NCBI GenBank assembly: GCA_905178155.1
Contig: CAJINV010000014.1
Span: 124,001 to 188,000 of the forward strand
From: Amoebophrya sp. A120
Taxonomy: Eukaryota > Protista > Dinoflagellata
DNA: 64,000 nt
Direction of reading: 5' to 3'
Shown: positions 23,120-35,500 of the stretch, in pieces
Numbering within the stretch: the stretch's first letter is position 1
Layout of the letters: each line of letters starts with the position of its first letter
Made by a program: the position numbers and the translations under genes
The notes under the pieces: model-generated
What the model was told of the DNA's origin: nothing
What the model saw: only the letters and a program-made list of their open reading frames with translations
Databases searched by the model: none

Positions 23120-23891
23120 CTTGTTCTTGGCCGCTTGCTACGTTCTTGCTCTCATCGTTCTTACGCGGAAGAGTATGTAATCCTCAATGCTATGCTTCAG
23201 AAGTCGACCTCTCCGGACGCATTTCTGTATACTTATGCGAAGGAAGAAGTCGAAGTCTGCGAGTTGTTTTGCTGTCAGTAAAATCGTATGTGTTTGAACC
23301 TAGCGACGCCCCATGCGTTCTCTGAATCATGGGCGGCACCACAATTATTCAATCGAACTAATATCCGTCTAGGGTATGAAAAGTTTATTTGCTCATAATT
23401 TGACGAAGCCGCCTCTGCGTCTGCCCGCGGCCGCGTGTTCTTTTTTTTCCATATGTGTTTACCAACACAAGCTGACACCTGGTGAGAAGTGATAAAAAAA
23501 CGAATTACTGTAGTTGTAAGAGTACGCCTTTAGAATCATATAAGTGGAACAGGGATCCTGATCCTGCTGTGCACGTCGACATAATCTCAATCGTAAAAGC
23601 CTGAAGATCGCGGGGGCAGCTTCTGCTTCCTCGATGCTGCATATGAAGTTTTTACGCTTAGCGTTTCTTGGATACGAAAAGACACACAACACGGATGCTC
23701 TCGTAGGCGTCTTTCTGAGCGAAATTTGTTGAAGATAGTTATTGAAAAAAACTTAAACCGCGGCTGGTATTTGTTGTTGCCATAGAATTTGTTTTGATGT
23801 ATATCACTTCTGCAACTGTTGAAAATGATAATGATGAAGTGTTGAAGATGAATTATCGGTAAACATATTCGTTAAGTTTGAGATGTTGAGC

Positions 23892-24131
23892 CTACGTACA
23901 ACTAGTAGGACCTTCTACATCCAAGATTAAGTAGCCTGCTTTGTCCTCATCTATCATGGTGAAAACGAAAAGCAACATCGTCAAATCACAGGAGTCTATC
24001 GAAGAAAAAAACATTGTTGGTGTAGGATTCTCTGAAATGCGTAAATTTTTTTTTGGCGCAAAGTTGTAAAATTTTTTTAAAGCACGGCACTCCTGTCTAT
24101 TTTCCGTTTGGTGTTTTGGATTGTCTGTCAT
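23892..24131 (-). CDS. Possible exon of an unrelated gene or upstream part of gene 2; weak EF-hand-like loop
   Basis: ORF contains FTMIDEDKAGYL (DxDxxGxL); no other support. Confidence 0.2.
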   Translation of the reverse strand: MTDNPKHQTENRQECRALKKFYNFAPKKNLRISENPTPTMFFSSIDSCDLTMLLFVFTMIDEDKAGYLILDVEGPTSCT

Positions 24132-25615
24132 GGCTGAATCTAATGGCTACCCCGCTCCGGGCACTACATTAGCTAGCTGGGGAGGCAGGGCAATGCAAAA
24201 ACCTCTGCAGCGGAGCGGGCCGGTGTGTAACCTATTGCAATTGCGGCTTCTGACCCGGCCTCGCGATAAAGACTCAGCAAAGGGCAGGAAAATCCGGCGC
24301 ATTATTGAAAACAGCGCATCTTGCTGCCGGTGAGTGTGTTGTCGCTTGTCTACTGTCAGCCCATGCGGGGTGCCAGCTTGACACTTCGCAGCAAAATTAT
24401 TCTGGGGAATCATGGGCGTGCGGGCCGCCTTTGGTGCAGTATTGGGCTGCGCGGTCATTCAAAGCACGGGCGGCGAACTCGCTGCTTCGCATGATTCGGA
24501 TGAGGCTCGTTTGAGGCTTCCAAAAATGAACCAAAGGAAGAAAAATCTCGGAGTGTGGGTTTTTACAGGGGAAAAAAGAGGGGTCAACAGTAGGGGCAAA
24601 AACTTCGCTTATTTTTTTAACAATCTCCGCCGCGGCTAACAATTTACACTACTTAAAAAATTTAACGTACCATGGGGATTAGAGAAAAGAAAAAATCTAG
24701 TGTAGTTTTTAAGATTCGTGTAGCGGACCCCTCCGAGGTAGGGTCAAAAAGCACCCGTATTTTTCCAACAGTCGCCCACCCGCCTAAAAATTTACACTCC
24801 GAGTTTTTTCTTCTGTTTGGGCCAAGGGATCAACAAGAACTGGCAAGATCCGAAAGGGAGCTGCGCAAGTCCCCAAGCGTGCTCATCGCTGACCGGCATG
24901 GACGCAAGACGCTGGCTTTGCGAGATGCGGCCGGAGCTGCGGAGCTCAGAAAGCAGCTGCATGGTGACGGTCATTTTGCAGAAGGCCTTTGCGTGGTCGC
25001 GCGCCGTGTAGCTGGCGGCCGACCCGGTCGGAGGCAAGCCCGGCCTCGGGCATTAGACAGGACCAGCAATCCGCGACTGCGGGTCAGCAGACTTCGTGAC
25101 ACAGCCTCGCTGATCGTCTCCTCCCCCTCGCGGAATTGGCGAGCAGTCTAGCCTCCTTAACTATTTCATTACCACAAAAGCAGCGAAAGCAAGTTTGGCC
25201 CGCTCAGATTTATAACGCAAGCTCCCCGAGGCTGCGCGATGGCCGGTCGGGTTTGCTTTAAAAATAATTTTGATTGAACCAAGAAAAAAATCCATGCATT
25301 TTCGAAAATCCTACACTAACAATGTTTTTTTCTTCGATAGAGTCCGTAGATAATTTACTGCAGATGCAACGATGCGCGCTTCATTCACACGGTCGTGCTC
25401 GCGTTGCAAAATTTTAGTTCGCAAAAGAAGTCATCTAAAAATATTTTTGATAAACACGAGTTTATTTTCCTTTTTGCTGTTCGAGTGCGAAGATCGCCTT
25501 CTCACGCCGCTAGGCTACTTGCGACGAAAAAAGTTCTGCTCGACGCTTCCACCATTTTTTCGAACCATTCGTCAGTATGATCAAAATCCTTCCGCATCGT
25601 GCTCGTGCTCCGTGC

Positions 25616-26524
25616 ATCGCGCCTGTGAGACCAACGAGGTCCGGGGAGGGCTCGACAAGAAGCATCGCGTTCACTGAGACTAGAAGGAACCCAAGCAAAA
25701 CCCTTCTAGTTCTATTTGTTGTACTTGTAACCGGCGCATCAACGCCAAAAATAACTCACCATCTAGAAGCTCCCATACCGAAAACGCGAACGCCCTTCGT
25801 CAGGCTAATTTGCCCAAAACCCGAACAACCCTGAGAGAAGCCAGCAACCCTTGACAGAGTGCGAAGGCTGCAGCCAGTGCTGCAGGCCAAACTGAGGAAA
25901 ATACGCGGCAGATATCCTCCCGCTGGGGGAAGCCCTCACTAGCATTGCCCTCACTGGCCCCCCGCTAACGTAAGCTCCCTCCTGGTGGGGGAGGCCCCAC
26001 TAGAATTTCCCCTGCCGGGTCTCTACTACCGCAAACTCCCCCCCGCTGGGGGGGGGGCTTCACTGGTATCGTCCTGGTGCCGCAAACTTCCCCCCGCTGG
26101 GGGAGGCCCTCACTGGCATTGCCCTCACTGGCTATAGAACACCGCAAACCTCCCCCCGCTGGGGGAGGCCCTCACTGGCATTGCCCTCACTGGCTATATA
26201 CCAACGCAAACTTCCCCCCGCTGGGAGAGGCCCTCACTGGCATTGCCCTCAATGGCCCGACGCTACCGCAAACGTCCCCCCGCTGGGGGAGGCCCTCACT
26301 GGCCCTGCGCTAAGAAAAGAAGTGAATCCTTCACCGCGCAATCCAAAATCGCAAACGGCAGACAACGTCTGCTTTGGCTCCTTCCAACAACCCCACTCAA
26401 AGGGGCGGAAGACCAATAACACCGGCATTAGCTTCTAGGGATCTGCCAGCCCATATACAAACAGTTCAGGGGGAAAACTCCCTCCAGTCACTCCTCGAAA
26501 ATGATCTACCGGGGTAGATATGTC
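25616..26524. mobile_element. Insert flanked by a 36-bp direct repeat at the gene 3 stop codon
   Basis: Repeat at 25580-25615 and 26525-26560. Confidence 0.6.
25915..26310. repeat. About 60-bp tandem repeat
   Basis: ccccgctgggggaggccctcactggcattgccctcactggc, about 7 copies. Confidence 0.88.
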
Positions 26525-26525
26525 A

Positions 26526-29500
26526 TCAAAATCCTTCCGCATCGTGCTCGTGCTCTGTGCGACCGTACGTATGACAGTGCAGAGCTCGCCCCCACCATCA
26601 TTTGTCACGCAAAAGAACCCCAAGTCTTCCAGTCGCTGCCCTGTCCTGTGGCACTGTTTGCATGACAAGTTTCGGAATCCGAAGCAGTACTACATCAGGC
26701 ACTACATAAATTTGTCATGCATGGCCTACACTTGTGCTTGCGTTTGATGTATTGCTGTTCATGCCATACAAATGAGGAGAATGGGGGGGGGTGTGCACGC
26801 TCATAGTACGCCGCGAGCTCCGTGATGCGAATTTGCCGCGTTGCACTGTCCTCCGTGCTATCAAATGCAAAAGTGTCTGGGTCTGGAAGAGTCATGCTGT
26901 CTTTGCATGACACAGAAGGGCTGGCATGGAAGCTTCAGCATCACAGGTTTCGAGAAGCTTCCGCAATGCCGAATCCGCATGACAAGTCACCCACTTTGGT
27001 GACAGAAAGTGGGCAGCTTTTGCTACCTGTGCATGAGAGATTTTTCTGTGTTCTGAAATACGCATCATAAGTTTGTATTCTTCCAGACCACCCAGACATA
27101 TTTGCAATCCATACGTGCCACTCGGGAGGATGATCCACACCCACTTCGCATCCGCCACGGGCGGCGTGCAGTTCACGCGGGGCACGAACACGCTCCCCAT
27201 CTCTTTGGTCTGGAAGGCGTCGTGGGTGAGCGCCGCACCACTTCCCACCCAGTCGTTGCCGCGCCCTAGGTATCCTGTGCAAAAGTATCGTATTCGTACT
27301 GCAGTCATGCATTACAAGTCTTCTCTTTAAGGTAAATCAGCCCGACAAATTTTATTTCTCACGCTGAGGAAATTTGTAATGCATTTATACGAGTGCGATA
27401 CTTTTGCAATTCATACTAGGTCCTTGTTCACGTCCCCGTTGCTATCAAATCCCACGGCTTTCAGGGCGGTGGCCATCATTTCGGGACTGATAGTGCCGTA
27501 TCAAATGTAAAAATGTCTGGGTCTGGAAAAGTGTAGCCTTGTCATGCAGATTCTCCATGACCTATGAGGTGGGTCTGGAATGCGGGACTTAGCATAACAG
27601 ACTCTGCGAGGTCTCTGCCATGCCTATCCTGCATGAGAAACAAACTCCCATCCGACTTGGTCAAAAGTGTACAGCTTTTGGCACTCATGCAGCACAGATT
27701 TTCGCATGCTTCAGATTTACCATGACAAGTTGGAATCTTCCAGACCCAGACACTTTTGCAATTCATATGCCGCAGGTGTGCATTCCGTTGTCCGCCGTCA
27801 CCGCCTATCCTGTGCAAAAGTACTATCGCACTCGTAGTTCTTGCGTTTATGCTTTATTACTCTCTTTCTCAAGGTAAACCAGCAACATTACAAATTCAAT
27901 TTATTGTAGCGCTGGGCTAATTTGTAGTGCAATTTATACTAGTACGATACTTTTGCAGTGCATACCGCAGCGCACCCCCCGTCCTGGCTGCAGGGGGGTC
28001 GGCTGGCGGTGTATGAAATGTAAAAATGTCTGGGTCTGGAAGAATGCAACTTGTAATGCTGTCTGCGGATTCTAAAAATATCTGTGTTGCATGAGCAGCA
28101 ACAGGAGTCAGTTCTTGGCAGGTGGAGAGGGCATTTGTCATGCGTAATTAGCATCAAGAAGCTCGCAAAAAATCTAATCTGTGATGCTAGAACCAGCATC
28201 ACAGACCTCACGGGTCATGCAAAATGTGCATGGCAAGTCCCGACTCTTCCAGACCCAGACATTTACAATCCATACGGTGCTCACTCCAACAACCGCGCCA
28301 CACCCTTTTGTGGCAGCCTGGATGTCCGGGATTCCCCCCACAAGGCCCAGGTCCGGATTATGGTGCTCGCAAGTGTTACATTCTCAGCCGTTACATACAT
28401 TTGTCACGCAAAAGCACCTTAAGCCGGCAAATGATCGAGCTGCTTCGCATGACAAATTTCGGAAGGGCTAAACAGAAGCTAAATCTGCTGCGCCAGCAAA
28501 CTTGTAATGCAAAATGCGCAATCTTCCTCCTTTACCTTTCTTTTCACTTTTGCCAGTCTTGCATTACAAATTCATGTAGCAGTTGAGAATGTAACGCTTA
28601 AGAACTCCATACGCGTCCGGGACGCAGTCGCAGCTCCCGGGTTGATTCGCAGTCAGTTGCGTCAGCGCAGGGTCGTCGTCTGTGTCAAAGGTGCCCTCGG
28701 TATGCTCTGCAAAAGTATCGCACTCATACTAATTGCAGTTATGCGCCATTTCTCTCTGAAACTGAATTCAAATCCACTACAAATTCCATTTCTCATGCTG
28801 AGCAAATTTGTATTATACGTCACTTAATAATATACCAATATACCAGCACGATGCTTTGTTTTGCAATGCATACTCGGTGTCCCGTATTTGCCAAGTGGTG
28901 GCGCGGCTGGGATCGTAATCGCAAACGAGGTTCGCCGTGCCGTCGGTGCAAGGAGCGGCGCCGTCTTCGCAGTTCCCGTCGGTCGACAGTTGGTCTTATT
29001 CCCTGAAAATCAACCATCCCCATCGAATTTGTCATCGCAGGACATCGAATATGATGAGTGAGTGAATGAGTGACGCCCCCTGACACACCTCGTCCCGTCG
29101 GTCCGATCGCTTCGCCGGTTTTTCTTTCCGGTGCTTGGTCAGTCGGCCAGCGCGCAACTAGCACAAATACAGAGCGCATACATATCCACCAGCAAGCCAA
29201 GCGACTTCCCGGCCCGGCGGCCCAACTTAGTCCGGTTCTCGGAGACACACGACACGTCCTCTGTGGGTGTCCCGGCATGCCAGGCTCAAATGGACGAAAC
29301 CCCGATCGGCTGGCGAGCCACCCCCACGGCACCTGCCGACCCCTCCCTGGGTCGCTGCGCGCGATCAACAAACGCCCCTGCCCTGGTGCCTACTGTCTAG
29401 CCAAGCGAAGTAATCCATCGGGGCTGTTGCCGAAGGTGAAGCTTGGCGACTAGCAGCTGGCTTCGTGCGTAGTTGGGGGGGCTGCGTTGCCTTTTCGGAG

Positions 29501-32500
29501 TCCGGGCCGAGGGTCGAGATCTTTTTGAGAGGGGGGTCGAGTCAGCTCCCTGCCTCCTCTGCTGCGTGCAGGCACGCTCGTGACCCCGGCAGGTCAGACC
29601 CGTGCTGCTTTCAGAAATCCGGCAGGCGAGCTCCTACGTACGAGCTTCGTGACGTGGTAAGGAATTTTGGCGCGCATTCTTTCCGGCGCGACTCTTTTCC
29701 CTGTGGTCCTTGGCCTTGGCCTTCTCCCTGTGGTCCCGGGTCTTTGCACCCGGACGAAGGGGGTGCAGCACGCGACTAACAAGGGGGGGCCAAGCTGCTG
29801 CTGGCACTAGGGTTGCCACTGCTCCTGCCGCTGCTCCGATTTGCCCCTGCTGCGTGGCGCCAGTTTCTGCCACTGCTCGGGCTGCTACTACTGCCGTCAC
29901 CTGCGCGGCCTGTTTGTCCGTGCTGCTACTACTATCGGCTCCGCCGGGATTGCTCCTGCTGCTCACACCTGCTGCGCGATGCTGGCGCGTAGCACTACTC
30001 GGACTACTACTACTGCCAACATCACTCTGGCCTCTTTCTCTGTGTGCACTGTTGCCACTACACCCACTGCCCGCCCTGCCTCGTGTCCGCGCCCAGTCCC
30101 TGAGGCCCTTGCTCCTTTTCTGTGGAACTTACTGGCCCACTTTCGGAGCACCTGCGAAGGGAAAAGTCTAGAGCTGCGCGGATTCTTCAGATCGGGCGGC
30201 AAATAAAAACCGCCGAGATGGCGGAGCAGCGTATGGATCTGGGACCAGGAAAAAGCAGCGCGAAGCCAGACGCAGGCCATCCACTGGGAGACTCACGGCC
30301 TAGGTTTTTAAGCGCGCTGGCTCCTCACGCGTTTAGCGAATCAGTTCTACAGGATCCCGCCAGCCCTGCGGATTGCATGCCAGTTGATCTCTGCTTGCTT
30401 CTGAAGCTCCTACCTAGATCCACAACCAACAAAAAAAAAAACCAGGACGCAAAGGGAACAAAAAGAAAAAGAGCGAGGATCGGCCAACGCTCCATCTCGG
30501 GTTGTTCAGGTGCCGGAATGCAAAAAAACAAGCACGCATCTGGTCAGCCGGCATGCATCTGTGGTCCACTTCTCAGCTGTTACATGAATTTGTCATGCAA
30601 AACTACTACCATGAAGTAGCGTTGGCTTCATTTGTTATGCAAAAAGTATTTGATCATGGGGATCTGTAGTTTTCATGGGGAATACAAGGTCAGTTCGGTA
30701 CGTATACACTGCGGGCGCGACCAACGCAAACTGGCCCTGTATCCTGTGCAAAAGTATCGTATTCGTATAAATGCAAGCCTTGCATAACCAATATTTCTTT
30801 TAAGGTAAATCAGCATTACAAATTTTATTTCTCATGCTGAGAAAATTTGTAATGCATTTATGCGAGTACGATACTTTTGCAGTTCATACCCTGGTGATGG
30901 TATCAAATGCAAATATGTCTGGGTCTGGAAGGTTAGAAGTTGTCATGTCAGGTTTGGACTGTATATAAAATCTGTATTGCATGAGTAGCAGACGGAATGT
31001 AATTTTTGCTATGCGGGGAGGGCATTTGTCATTCGGAAAAATAGGCATCAAGAAGCCGTCAGAAAATCTGTGACGCTAGGGCATGCATCACTGACGTCAT
31101 GGCTCACGCAAAACGTGCGTGACAGGTTTCAGAATCTTCCAGACCCAGACATGTTTGCACTTGATAGATGGGGGTACACATCGATATACTCCACGAAGGC
31201 AACGTGCGTATGGAAGCGTCAGGATCGAAATCAACAAAATCGAAAGATTAATTTGTGACGCATAAAACCGATACCAGTTGGATCCTCAGTTTCCAAGTGG
31301 CGCATGACAAATTTCGGGAGCACCAAAATCCAGCCTGTCATGCTGTGTGGGCAAAGAAGGCTGCTCCTGTCATGCTGCTTCGGCAGCGCATTGCCATCCC
31401 GTAAACAGGCTCGCAGTCGGTCTTATTTGCCTGCTCCCCAACACAGGCCATACGTGTCCTACATTTTATGCATTACAAATTTTTCGATTTTGTCGATTTC
31501 GATCCTGACACTTCCATAATGCGTGAACTCGGCGTAGAGCCACGGATTCTCGGTTATGAGAGCGCTCAACTCCCCCTCCGCCTCTTTTGTCATGCTGAAT
31601 AGGAAATACCAAAACCAAACAACGGCTGTCATCATCATCATGTAGTGGACACCCGCACCCAGCGCCACAGGTCAAGGATCCCCCTCCCGGGAGGTGGGCG
31701 GAAGGCTGTCGCAGCTGTGCCTCTGCCTCTTGGCTCTTGGCACCGTTTGCGTGACAAGTTCTGGTAGCCCAAATCAAGAATAGCACTACTGACTACACTC
31801 CTGTGCAAAGTTGTCATGCAAAACCGGGATTCTTGGTTGCCCACGTTTGTTTAGACAAGGAAAATCAAGGAAGTTCATCAAAAATCGAACACCCCCCGGC
31901 CCGGGGCTCCCGGGGAATATAGTTGATGTGTGTGGGCCCCAACCATTTCGCACTTCCCCCCTGCGGAGCCCGCCCCGCCATGCGCTGCCGCTGGCATGTG
32001 TGTCGTTTTTAGTTCTCACGCCTGCGCATGTACGAGCCGAAGCGACCCCAGCATTGGCTCTGCAGCCCTGCTCCGAATCAAAGGCGCGCATCTATGGGAA
32101 AACAAGTGCAAGGGGTTCGAAGGTGGTGCGCGTTTACAATGAGTCGCATTTTTCCGAAAACGTTGCCGGCCCCCATTTCTTGTCCTGTCGCAGCGCGGAG
32201 CCCTTACAGTTTTCCACCTGAATCGCTCGCGCAACCCGAATAATGTAGAGCAACGCCGCCACATTCACCAGCAGAACCACCCAAAGCGCCAGGAACAAAC
32301 CAACAGCCGCCCAGCCCGTTTCTTTCCCCGCCCCGGCCCGGCTTTCGGAAGCGCCGGGCAAAAGCGTCACCAAAAGCGCCGCGGCCCTGTCGGAAATCGC
32401 CGGTAGGGGCGACCGCGATACCAGTGGCGTGGCCCGATGCGGTGCGTTTTGCATGTGTGGCCTCCGTCCGATGGCAGGAGGCCCCCCGAACGTCTCGCCC

Positions 32501-35500
32501 CAGTTCTGGAAGGCTTCTGGCAGATGCAAGAGCGCGCGGCCCTGAGCCCGCCTTCGCTGCGACCGGAAGCGTTGCCTGGCGGCCGGGGCGGCGGCCGGTC
32601 CGAAGGGAGCAGCCTGGCGCGCCCCGGCGTGGCTCCGGGGCCGCCGGCGTTCTCTTTGGCCAAAAGCGAAAAGGGCTGCTTCCGCGGCCGCCGGGGGCCC
32701 CGGCCGGGCAGCCAAAGGGGCCCCCTTTTTCGCAAAAAAAAGCACCCCCAAAAAGCACCCCCCTTGGGAAGCCTTTCCCCCAGCTAAAACTGGAGAATTC
32801 CGCGCCCAAAAAAGCACCCCCCTAGAGCACCCCCCTGAGGGGCCCCCCGGCTTCGCCTTCGGACAGGAGCTCCTCCCGGTTTTCCCTTCTCGCCTTCTTT
32901 GTTTTATTGCCCCCATGCCCGCTATATTCCCAGGGCAAGCACGTCCTAAGACACCCACGGCCGCGGGCTTTTGGAAGAAAGAACGGTGGGCCGCCTCGTC
33001 TTCGCAGCCAATGCGGGCACAAGGCCGCGCGCTTTTGCATCTGCCAAAAACTTTGCAGAACAGGGGCGAGGCGTTCGGAGTGTCTTCGGCTACCGGACGG
33101 AGGCCGCATGCGCAAAACGCATCGCGCCGGCCCGCGCAACTGGTATCGTGGCCGGCCTTACCGGCGAACCCCGACAGGGGGGCAGCGCCTTCGGGAGCGC
33201 ATGTGGCCCGGCGCTGCCGGCAACCGGGCCGAGGCGGGGACACGGACTGGGCGGCTGCCCGTTTGCTCCTGCGGCTCTGGGTGGTTCTGCTGGTGGACGT
33301 AATGTCGCTGCTCTACATTCTTCGAGTTGCGCAACAGATTCAGGTGACAAAGTGGGAGCGTTCTGCGCTGCGACAGGACAAAAAATGGGACCCCGGAACG
33401 CTTTCGGCACAATAGCGCCGATTTTAAACGCGCGCCACCTTCGAACGCCTTCGGGCTGTTCTTTCATAGGCGCCTACTTTTGAACCGGAGCAGGGCTGCA
33501 GAGCCAATGCTGGGGTCGCTTCGGCTCGTACATGCGCAGGCGTGAGAACTAAAAACGACACACATGCCAGCGGCAGCGCATGGCGGGGCGGGCTCCGCAG
33601 GGGGGAAGTGCGAAATGGTTGGGGCCCACACACATCATCTATATTTCCCGGGAGCCCCGGGCCGGGGGGTGTTCGATTTTTGATGAACTTCCTTGATTTT
33701 CCTTGTCTAATTTGTATTGTCGTTCCTACAATACTACAAACGAGGGGGAGGGACGGTGTGCAGTACTATTGGAAAAATTCTGGCGGACGCGGGGTTGCAA
33801 GCTACTAGTAGGAATCCTGCTAGTAGAATCGTGCTAGCAGAAAAACGGCTACTAGTAGAAATCCTGCTAGTGTTTTTAGCGTAACAAAAAAGCGCGAGCG
33901 GTACTAGTGACAGGCGCCACTAGTGAAGGCGCCCACTAGTGGAGCCACTAGTGACAAAAAGCCCGATTTTGGGGAAAGCGAAAACACTAGTGAGAAAACC
34001 CGCCAAAGTGGGAAACTCGCTCGGAGGGACCGAAACGCGCGCTGCCCGGCCCCCGGGTGGCCTTCGGCCCTGCCTGCCGTGGTCTGGGCCCTTGGCCCTG
34101 GCTTAGATGCCTGGCGGTTCGCGTTTGGCTGCCCCAGGCTGAAGTCGCTCTGCATTCTGGCGCCCCTTCCCCTTCCACCTCTGTTGCGAGGGATCTGGCG
34201 TCAGTTTCCGCCTTTCCCCGCCGCCTGTGGCCCTGCAGGCCGGGCTTGGTCGCGTGCGCACTGCCGCCAGCGGGGGGCTCTTCGGCCGCGCCGGGGCTGC
34301 CTGATTTTGCTTTGTTTCGTCCTTGCTTTGGACTGTTGAACAGCGTGCTTTCGGTTCCTTTGCGGCCCGCCTCCTTCTTCTTTCGCTTCCAACGCTTTTT
34401 GCCGCGTCCCCGGCCGTGGGTTGGCTTTCACTTGGGCCTGCTTGCTCTTTTCTTTTGGTCTTTCTCGCTTCTAGCAAGAGCCATACATAGCGGCCCCTCT
34501 GCCTTTCCGCCGCGGCCCTCCCTGCTGTGCTTTTTTTTTTATTGGTGATGGCCACGTTTCTATTTCTTGTCTTTCGGCCGTCGGCGCGCTCTTTTCGTCC
34601 TGCTTCGCGTGGCTATCCTTCCGAGCCTTCGCGAGAGGTCTGCGCACGCTCTCCGCCGGGCCTGTTTTTGGAGGCTTGGAAAGTGGCTGCGCTCTGTGCC
34701 CCATACCGTCCCTCGCGCCTAGCGGCCTTGACTCTGCCTGCGCTTCTTTCGCTCTCGCCAAGGGAGGAGGGCCGGGAGTGCCGCCGTTTCTCTTTTTCGC
34801 TTATCCCGCCAAGAAAGTTTCAGTATCTACCGGTGGTCACTGGTGGCCACACTCTTTTCCCCTCGCTCCCCCTTGCACCCCCTCGTCGCCGGGCCGGCGG
34901 GCGCGGAGCGACCGCCCGTTCTAGATACAAACGAGGGGGAGGGACGGTGTGCAGTTTCATATCGGTCGGAATACCCTCAAAAAGCGTGGCGTATTTGTGG
35001 TTGATTGCGTGTATAAATTGCAAAAGTATCGTACTCGTATACATGCATTCCTCAGCTGCATGAGAACTGGAATTTGTCATGCTGTTTTAGGTTAAGGTCA
35101 ATATTTGTCATGCATATATTGCAATTAGTACGAGTGCGATACTTTTGCACAGGATAAGGTGCGGAAAGCCGCCCTTGTTCCGGTCGAAGGCGTGGATCGG
35201 CCTCCTATGGAACGAAGCGTCAGGACCGAAATCGATAAAGTTTGTATAAAATGCATAAAATGCAATACCCAAACTAGTACCTGCATTGGAGGGCACGCAA
35301 GTGAGGGTAAGCGTAAGCCTGTTTGCGGTTGGAGGTAGAGCTGCTAAAGCAGCATGACAAAGGGCCCTGTCATTCCCCAAACCGCATGCAGTAGTGTATT
35401 TCGTAGTCTTAGGTACTAGTACCGAAATTTGATCTCTTGCGCCGGTTATACATAGGGACTCCAGCTGCCATGATCTGTTTTATGCACTACGAGTTATGTT

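Larger units (their letters stand above)
31555..34961. mobile_element. TIR intron family H with three nested insertions
   Basis: DR tcggt. Confidence 0.85.

Noticed and set aside
32134-33243. 369-aa ORF and overlapping ORFs
   Set aside because: GC-rich foldback arms open in several frames; no transposase motif seen.
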